Made by a program: the position numbers and the translations under genes
Shown here: piece after piece, positions 58,185 through 64,000 of the stretch
How positions within the stretch are numbered: position 1 is the first letter of the stretch
How the letters are laid out: each line of letters begins with the position of its first letter
Notes under the pieces: model-generated
The model's database searches: none
What the model saw: the letters and a program-made list of their open reading frames with translations, nothing else
What the model was told of the DNA's origin: nothing
Assembly: GCA_000004985.1 (NCBI GenBank)
Contig: GG738875.1
Direction: 5' to 3' (one strand)
Origin: Naegleria gruberi
Taxonomy: Eukaryota
Length of the DNA: 64,000 nt

Positions 58185-58703
58185 CTATTTTCTCTTTGGT
58201 GGTTGAGATGCTAAAATCTTTTCAACAGTAAAATCAATTTCCCATCTTTCTAACATTCTTTCAATAGCAACGAGTGGTACACCATGCTTATTTCTCTTTG
58301 CTAATTCTTGTGCATTCTTAGCCCAAGGAGTAGTTGGTTCTGTAATTTCTACCACATAAGAATTGGCCTTTGCAGCTACAACATATGGTTTAGCTTCCCA
58401 CTTTTGTGTATTGGTATTATCGATTATTATAGGAGTGGTTCCATTCTTCATGGCATCGGAAGCTCTTTTCTGATTCCATTGATGGGCCTTTCCAAGTTGT
58501 GTAGCATCAAAATTATAATTTCCAGTCTGTGGATCCACAAAATAATCATCAGTGGAAAAGATATGATCTTTATATCCTGTTGTATAATCAATTCCGTGAT
58601 TTTTCATAATTTCTGATGCAAGAGTACTCTTTCCACTTCCAGAAATTCCTCTCAACAAGATCATTGTTTTACCATTAGATGATGATGAATTAGTTGCTGA
58701 CAT
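58185..58703 (-). CDS. P-loop kinase of the AAA_33 / N4BP2L / PNK-like family, about 172 aa
   Basis: Walker A LLRGISGSGKSTLA. Aspartate-rich DxD region (FSTDDYFVD). Start chosen at caaaaaaaATGtca (58703, MSATNSSS...). The track start 58772 (MQFNKIY...) is an upstream in-frame alternative. Confidence 0.55.
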   Translation of the reverse strand: MSATNSSSSNGKTMILLRGISGSGKSTLASEIMKNHGIDYTTGYKDHIFSTDDYFVDPQTGNYNFDATQLGKAHQWNQKRASDAMKNGTTPIIIDNTNTQKWEAKPYVVAAKANSYVVEITEPTTPWAKNAQELAKRNKHGVPLVAIERMLERWEIDFTVEKILASQPPKRK

Positions 58704-59123
58704 TTTTTTTGATTTTGTTTGATGTTGAAATTTGTGTAAAAATAGATTTTTATAAATTTTGTTGAATTGCATACTTCAATATTGTAAACTGGTTCAACAA
58801 TTTATTTCAGTTTATTTTGAAGATGAAGCATTAATGATTTTGGTGGAAGTGAATCATACTGTACCCTTGATTATTGGATTGATTATGATATGGTTCAAAC
58901 GACTTGTTTGAAGAATGAAGATAAATCAAAATGTGAAAAACAAGTTAATTGGCGATTTGGTTGGTGGTATTTTCAATACCTGATCAACTCTCCGAATGAG
59001 CAGGTAGGTTCATATTAAATTTTTGTTACTTTACTTATTTTACAAAATACTAATTTTATCAATTTCACAAACATGGAAAGAGTTCATCGAACGAAATTAG
59101 CGTTAAAAATCCTTCAGAAAAAA

Positions 59124-59726
59124 ATGGCTCAATACCACCAACCGACCTTGAAGAGTTTCAATAAGAAAATTTCTTTCGAAAATATTGATAATATTAAATT
59201 ACATATTGCTAGTAGTCCATTCACAGTTTCACCTGGCGATGAGGAGAAACACAACTTGGTTCCAATCTTTCAGTCAGTAATTTCATCCTTCCTATTTTCC
59301 ATTTGTTGCTTATTTGCTCATCTTTCCCCTGGTAATTTCTTTGATGAAACTGAAACTCTAATGAATGCTCTTTGTTCAGTGTTTGTGTTGAGTTTCGGAT
59401 TCTGTATGTACGTTATGATCAATGCATCGTGTCTTCAGATGGTAAGGGATGGATTTGTTAGTCTTCCACTAGTTAGCATTCATCCAAAGGCTAATCAATT
59501 ACTCATTTGGTTATCTAGAATTTTCAAAGTGTTTTTGGGATTGATTGTTTTGTTCAATGAGATTAAGAAGGTGTTCAACATTGAGGGAATAGTGCTTGAG
59601 ATGGAGTTACTCTCCTATATCATTCTATTGAGTCACATGTTTTGTGCCTTATTATTATTGAATATATATTTTTGTTTCTCTATTCAATCAAGAGAAAGAA
59701 ACTACTCTTCCGAAAGTTGTGTTTAA
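59124..59726 (+). CDS. Hypothetical small multi-pass membrane protein, paralogue A, about 200 aa
   Basis: Start aaaaATGGCTCAATACCAC is shared with paralogue B. About 4 hydrophobic helices. Shares the C-terminal block VLFNEIKKVFNIEGIVLEMELLSYIILL with paralogue B. The track ORF begins 51 nt upstream at another ATG (59073). Confidence 0.5.
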   Translation: MAQYHQPTLKSFNKKISFENIDNIKLHIASSPFTVSPGDEEKHNLVPIFQSVISSFLFSICCLFAHLSPGNFFDETETLMNALCSVFVLSFGFCMYVMINASCLQMVRDGFVSLPLVSIHPKANQLLIWLSRIFKVFLGLIVLFNEIKKVFNIEGIVLEMELLSYIILLSHMFCALLLLNIYFCFSIQSRERNYSSESCV

Positions 59727-59839
59727 TAATAATAAAGAAAATTTGATCCTTATTATCGATAATTATTATTCATTCCTTTCATTATATGAATCAATAACAT
59801 ATTGAGAAGAGTTTCATTGAGCCTTGCAAATAGTAAAAA

Positions 59840-60409
59840 ATGGCTCAATACTACTACAAGTCTAAGGATGGTAATGATCACAACGAATTACTTGTTTCAT
59901 TAGAGGAGAAACAGAAAGTTAATCCATTCTTTGAAATCATTCGTGAGAGTTTATTATACTTTATATTCTCAGTGAGTTGCATGTTTGTTCTACTTTCCTC
60001 AAGTGAATTCTTCAGTGGCTCAAAGTATTTTTATGCTCCTTATTCTAATTTATTATTCTCTTTAATAATGATGATTATCGGGCTTGGCATATATGAAACT
60101 CTCAAATTTAGTTGTTTGTTCATCCTTTCGCAAGAGTACATCTTCTTCTCCAATAATTCAGTTGATTTTCCATCCTCCTGCTTTGCAATATTTTCCATCT
60201 CAAGCTATTTCAAAGTAATCGTTGGTTTTGCTGTTCTATTTGGAGAAATCAAGAAGGCTTTCGAAATTAATGAACTTGCATTATTCTTTAAGATTTGTGA
60301 CAATATCGTTCTGTGGAATCATGTAGCATGTACACTTGTTCTATTGGAATTATTTCTAATTTTCAAATTCAAAAAGTCAAAATTCCTCCCATCACATGAT
60401 TTAGTTTGA
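59840..60409 (+). CDS. Hypothetical small multi-pass membrane protein, paralogue B, 189 aa
   Basis: Start aaaaATGGCTCAATACTAC. Same architecture as paralogue A, with the conserved block VLFGEIKKAFEINELALFFKICDNIVL. It lies 113 bp downstream of paralogue A on the same strand. Confidence 0.5.
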   Translation: MAQYYYKSKDGNDHNELLVSLEEKQKVNPFFEIIRESLLYFIFSVSCMFVLLSSSEFFSGSKYFYAPYSNLLFSLIMMIIGLGIYETLKFSCLFILSQEYIFFSNNSVDFPSSCFAIFSISSYFKVIVGFAVLFGEIKKAFEINELALFFKICDNIVLWNHVACTLVLLELFLIFKFKKSKFLPSHDLV

Positions 60410-60479
60410 GTAAGATTCATAGTTGCTTGCATTATCAAATGGCAATAAATCCTCTATAGGTATGAAGTTAAGAACTTCT

Positions 60480-61313
60480 TTATTTTCTCAAAGTTACAAC
60501 ATTTCCAGTGCAAACGAATTGAATTTGACCATTTTGTGGTTGATATTCTGTTTCAATTCTGGCATGGATCTTACTCAACCATTCCTTCTCCAAAATGGGA
60601 TCTATTTGTGGTCCGAATTTTCTCTTCACCATTTCTGAGAATTGAGTGCTTGATTTCACTATTTCCATCATAACTTCGAGTGGACACTCAAATTCTTTGG
60701 TTACCTGTTCAATATCTATGTGAGAAAAACCAGCTTCCTTGCACAAGGTTTCGAAATGTTGTGGATCCTTGAGTGAAAACATGGCTCCTTGTGGTCCTCT
60801 TTCTAAATCAAGAGTATCATATGCAGCATTTAATGGAATTCTCAAGGGGAATGCCTCTGTCCATGAGTTTACCAAGGCAATACCTTGTTGTTGCATTACT
60901 CTGTGAATTTCCTTCAACCCTCTTAATATATCCTTGTATAACATAATTCCCATATTGGAATAGACAACGTCAAATGAATTGTCTTCATATTTCAAATCTT
61001 GTCCATCCATGATATGAAATTTCAAGGAAGAAACATTTGAAGATGTGTTAGAAATCTTGGAATTTGCTCCTTGAATGTAATCTTCTGAAATATCAATACC
61101 ATCAATACTCAACTTGAAATCCGTTCCGTTTAAAATAGTCTCATTCTCAAACTTGAAAGGCAACAATCCAGTTCCAGTTCCAATATCCAAAATCCTAACA
61201 TTTCTGTCCTTTGTTGAGTTGAAATAAAGAGTGGTGGATCGTTGAATAAGATCATCTGCAAAGAATTCTTGCACAACTCTGGTGAGTTCCATAAACTTGA
61301 TTTTTTGATTCAT
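60480..61313 (-). CDS. Class I SAM-dependent methyltransferase, 277 aa
   Basis: Motif I VRILDIGTGTG. Post-I acidic residue (IDGIDISEDY). Motif II/III region FDVVYSNMGI. Confidence 0.7.
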   Translation of the reverse strand: MNQKIKFMELTRVVQEFFADDLIQRSTTLYFNSTKDRNVRILDIGTGTGLLPFKFENETILNGTDFKLSIDGIDISEDYIQGANSKISNTSSNVSSLKFHIMDGQDLKYEDNSFDVVYSNMGIMLYKDILRGLKEIHRVMQQQGIALVNSWTEAFPLRIPLNAAYDTLDLERGPQGAMFSLKDPQHFETLCKEAGFSHIDIEQVTKEFECPLEVMMEIVKSSTQFSEMVKRKFGPQIDPILEKEWLSKIHARIETEYQPQNGQIQFVCTGNVVTLRK

Positions 61314-61863
61314 ATCTAATAGCTTGTTTTTTATGAGTGTGTGATTCAGTTAACTGGTGAATTTATTTTCTTCTCAAATGAGGACATGCTCTTAAATATT
61401 GCCCTGTCCTTTGTTGCGTGTGGACTTTTTCAAGATTATATTGAGCTTTACCGCTTTTCATAACCAACATGAATGCATGTTAAGGGTCAGTATAATAAAT
61501 ATTCATCCAAATTCATGTATTGAGAACGGGCTTATTAAATGCATTATTTTTTACAATAAATAATCTCAATAATTCAATCAAAATTAATTGTAAGTGCCAA
61601 ATTTGGTAATTATTTTAAAGCCTGTTAAATTTCAATTCCCCTCCTTGAAGCTCCACTCGAATAATTCTCCAACGACACAAAACTTACTCAAAAAACATTG
61701 CAAAAAACATCTACCCCATTCCTCTATTAATTACATCCAATATCTTTCCACTTTTTCAAACAATTATCTATTGGTTGTTGTTTTTTCTCCTTTTAAAGAC
61801 TCACTATTTCCTTGTTGTGTTCGGACGAATTAGCCCGATTGTTTTTTCTCAAACTCTAAAAAA
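61314..61863. promoter_or_regulatory. Divergent intergenic region between the methyltransferase (minus) and COX15 (plus)
   Basis: A 550-bp spacer between two divergent start codons. The plus-strand ATG is preceded by ctaaaaaa. Confidence 0.3.
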
Positions 61864-63291
61864 ATGCTCAAACAAAACCTGAGACATGTATTATCGCCAT
61901 CATCGAGGAAGACATTGATTCAAAAGATCAATTGTTCTTCTTCAAGTAGTAGACCATCGGCTATGATGGTTGTTTTCAACAGCAAGAATCAAGAAATTGT
62001 CTCTACAAGAAATTTCTCATCATCTAGTATTCAAAATTTGCTCAATGTTAGCAAGAGTAGAAAGGATGAAGTTTTTCCAGTATTGAATATGAATAGTAAT
62101 ACCATCAATGTTTATCCATCATCATTAAAGCCTAGCATAACCTCTTCATCATCATATAATTACTCGACCACAGTTTTTAATCATCCAGAAGAACAACAAA
62201 AATTTGAAGAAGAAATTCCAGGACGTAAAGCTGTTTTAATATGGCTCGGAACATTGAGTTTCCTTGTTTTTACAATTGTTATTGTTGGTGGTTTAACTAG
62301 ACTGGAAGAAGGTGGTCTTTCAATGGTTGATTGGTCATTCATGGGTTCACTTCCTCCAATCACACAAAAGGAATGGGAAGAAGAATTTGAAAAGTACAAA
62401 CAATTCCCTGAATATAAGAAGAAGAATGAAGGAATGACTGTTGAGGAATTTAAATACATCTTTTACTATGAATATTACCATCGTATGCTGGGAAGATTGA
62501 TTGGTGCTGTTTACACAATTCCAGCTATTGCATTTGCTGCTAAGGGATTTTTCTCTGGTAAGAGAAGAGTCATGTCACCTTGGACAGTTCTTGCTATAGG
62601 AAGTGTCATTGGTTTCCAAGGTCTTTTGGGTTGGTATATGGTTAAGAGTGGTCTCGATGAAAATCATGAACTCATGAAGAAGTATAATAGCATTCCTCGT
62701 GTATCTCAATATCGTTTGGCTTCTCACTTGTGTACTGCCTTTGTAATTTATGCCATGACTTTGTGGAAGAGTTTCGATTTGGCTACCAAGAATAAGACTG
62801 TTGAAACCTTTGCTGGTAGCTCAATTTTCAAGATGGTTGCCCCAATTTTCTTCTCCCTTGTTTTCTTGACTGCTGCTTCTGGTGCTTTTGTTGCTGGTAT
62901 GGATGCTGGTTTGGTTTACAATGAATTCCCACTCATGGGTGGTGCTGTTGTTCCAAGTGACATCATGGCTATTGAACCATGGTATAAGAATTTCTTTGAA
63001 AATGCCACTACTGTCCAATTCCAACACAGATGGTTGGCAACCTTTGTAGCAACAGCTATTGCTGCTTTCTGCTTCTATTTCAAGAAGGGTGACAAGGGTA
63101 AACAATTGCCTGCTACTGTTAAGAAGTCACTCAATTATTTGCTTGCTGTTGTTACTGCCCAATACACTCTTGGTATCACTACTTTATTGACCTATGTTCC
63201 AACATCAGTTGCCTCAGCTCACCAAGCTGGTTCATTGACTTTGTTCACATTTGCTTTATGGATGGCTCACGTTGCTAAGAGAATTAGATAA
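61864..63291 (+). CDS. COX15: Heme A synthase COX15 (mitochondrial inner membrane), 475 aa
   Basis: N-terminal Ser-rich presequence. The stretch GGLTRLEEGGLSMVDWSFMGSLPP...EFKYIFYYEYYHRMLGR...GLLGWYMVKSGLDE...IPRVSQYRLASHL...LTAASGAFVAGMDAGLVYNEFPLMG...VQFQHRW...THQAGSL aligns along its length with human and yeast COX15. Confidence 0.9.
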   Translation: MLKQNLRHVLSPSSRKTLIQKINCSSSSSRPSAMMVVFNSKNQEIVSTRNFSSSSIQNLLNVSKSRKDEVFPVLNMNSNTINVYPSSLKPSITSSSSYNYSTTVFNHPEEQQKFEEEIPGRKAVLIWLGTLSFLVFTIVIVGGLTRLEEGGLSMVDWSFMGSLPPITQKEWEEEFEKYKQFPEYKKKNEGMTVEEFKYIFYYEYYHRMLGRLIGAVYTIPAIAFAAKGFFSGKRRVMSPWTVLAIGSVIGFQGLLGWYMVKSGLDENHELMKKYNSIPRVSQYRLASHLCTAFVIYAMTLWKSFDLATKNKTVETFAGSSIFKMVAPIFFSLVFLTAASGAFVAGMDAGLVYNEFPLMGGAVVPSDIMAIEPWYKNFFENATTVQFQHRWLATFVATAIAAFCFYFKKGDKGKQLPATVKKSLNYLLAVVTAQYTLGITTLLTYVPTSVASAHQAGSLTLFTFALWMAHVAKRIR

Positions 63292-63582
63292 ATTTTTGAA
63301 GACACCACTAATTTTGGAATTTGAATGTTAAATATAGGGTATAGATATTAAATAAACACTAAAACAGATAAATTTTGATACGTTTATGAATGGTGTTCTA
63401 ATGACAACGATACTATATTTGCAGATATTGTTATCTTAATAAAGATGAATAATATACTAAGATTTAAAAAAACTTGGTGTTGTTTGTTTACAATATTGAT
63501 AGATTGATAACAATTTGAAATCAACTAAAAAACTCATTCCTATCCTGATTCTCAATATCTTTTGATTGCAGACAGAAAAAAA

Positions 63583-64000
63583 ATGCAAGAAAATACTTTC
63601 ACTGAATACACTTGTAGAAGAGCCGTCATTGGTGATGCACCATCAATTACCGATTTTAACATTAGAATGGCACTTGAAACGGAAGGAATTAACTTAACAC
63701 CATCAATTGTAAAACGTGGAGTGGAAACAGTTTTTGAAAGGGAAGAAAAAGGAAGATATTATGTTGCAACCATTTCGGAAGGAGATAATGAAAAAGTTAT
63801 TGGATCATGTTTGATAACTATGGAATGGAGTGACTGGAGATGTTGTGATTATTTTTATTTACAAAGTGTTTTTATTGAACCAGAACATAGAAGAAAAGGT
63901 GTCTTTAGTCTATTGTATAAATTTGTGGAAAGTGAATGCATCAAGGCAGGCACTGCTTCTCTGAGACTCTACGTTGATAAAGGAAATGAAAAGGCAAAGC
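63583..64000 (+). CDS. GNAT-family N-acetyltransferase, N-terminal part (continues past the window end)
   Basis: ATG after gaaaaaaa (coordinate +/-1). Acetyl-CoA-binding motif A region (LQSVFIEPEHRRKGVFSLLY) in an open frame that runs to the window edge. Not in the ORF track because no stop is found within the window. Confidence 0.55.
   Translation, partial: MQENTFTEYTCRRAVIGDAPSITDFNIRMALETEGINLTPSIVKRGVETVFEREEKGRYYVATISEGDNEKVIGSCLITMEWSDWRCCDYFYLQSVFIEPEHRRKGVFSLLYKFVESECIKAGTASLRLYVDKGNEKAK

Noticed and set aside
1-64000. CRISPR arrays, prokaryotic operons or phage/defence-system interpretation
   Set aside because: No direct-repeat/spacer arrays are present. The genes contain spliceosomal introns and are typical eukaryotic housekeeping and ciliary genes.
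1-64000. tRNA, rRNA or other structured RNA genes
   Set aside because: Scanning the intergenic spacers by eye found no tRNA-like T-loop (GTTCGAATC-type) or D-loop boxes and no rDNA-like segments. Small ncRNAs such as snoRNAs cannot be excluded without covariance-model searches.

Overview
This window is eukaryotic nuclear DNA, not prokaryotic. It is AT-rich (roughly 35% GC by eye), uses the standard genetic code, and is very gene dense, with about 29 protein-coding genes on both strands and short (about 0.1-0.7 kb) intergenic spacers. Several genes contain short spliceosomal introns of 37-140 nt with GTAAGT, GTATGT or GTGAGT donors and YAG acceptors, yet several very large genes are almost intron-free. 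Nearly every start codon sits directly after a run of A residues (aaaaATG). The supplied ORF track uses bacterial start rules, so many of its 'M' starts are really TTG (checked at 14447, 14476, 17385, 31709, 46087, 50002, 53664); I re-derived starts and exon joins by hand.

Gene content, in order along the window:
- an EF-hand protein (partial)
- a ~4,500-aa axonemal dynein heavy chain (minus strand)
- an STPGR/ODF3-like flagellar protein
- a syntaxin
- the mitochondrial processing peptidase beta subunit
- Cbf5/dyskerin
- KTI12
- two hypothetical membrane proteins
- an Ariadne RBR E3 ligase
- a SEL1L/Hrd3 homologue
- a second ~4,450-aa axonemal dynein heavy chain (plus strand, with four 5' introns)
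- a tiny SAP-motif ORF
- a novel P-loop NTPase that may continue into a C2HC zinc-finger exon
- proteasome beta6
- deoxyhypusine synthase
- cornichon
- an SDR oxidoreductase
- an MFS transporter
- three hypothetical proteins
- an F-box/LRR protein
- a PAQR receptor
- a P-loop kinase
- a tandem pair of paralogous small membrane proteins
- a SAM methyltransferase
- COX15
- a GNAT acetyltransferase (partial)

There are no rRNA or tRNA genes, no CRISPR arrays and no obvious transposons. The organism has flagella and aerobic mitochondria. The gene density, AT-richness, sparse short introns and gene content resemble a compact free-living protist genome such as a heterolobosean, but this is only an inference. 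All coordinates were derived by eye and may be off by a few nt.
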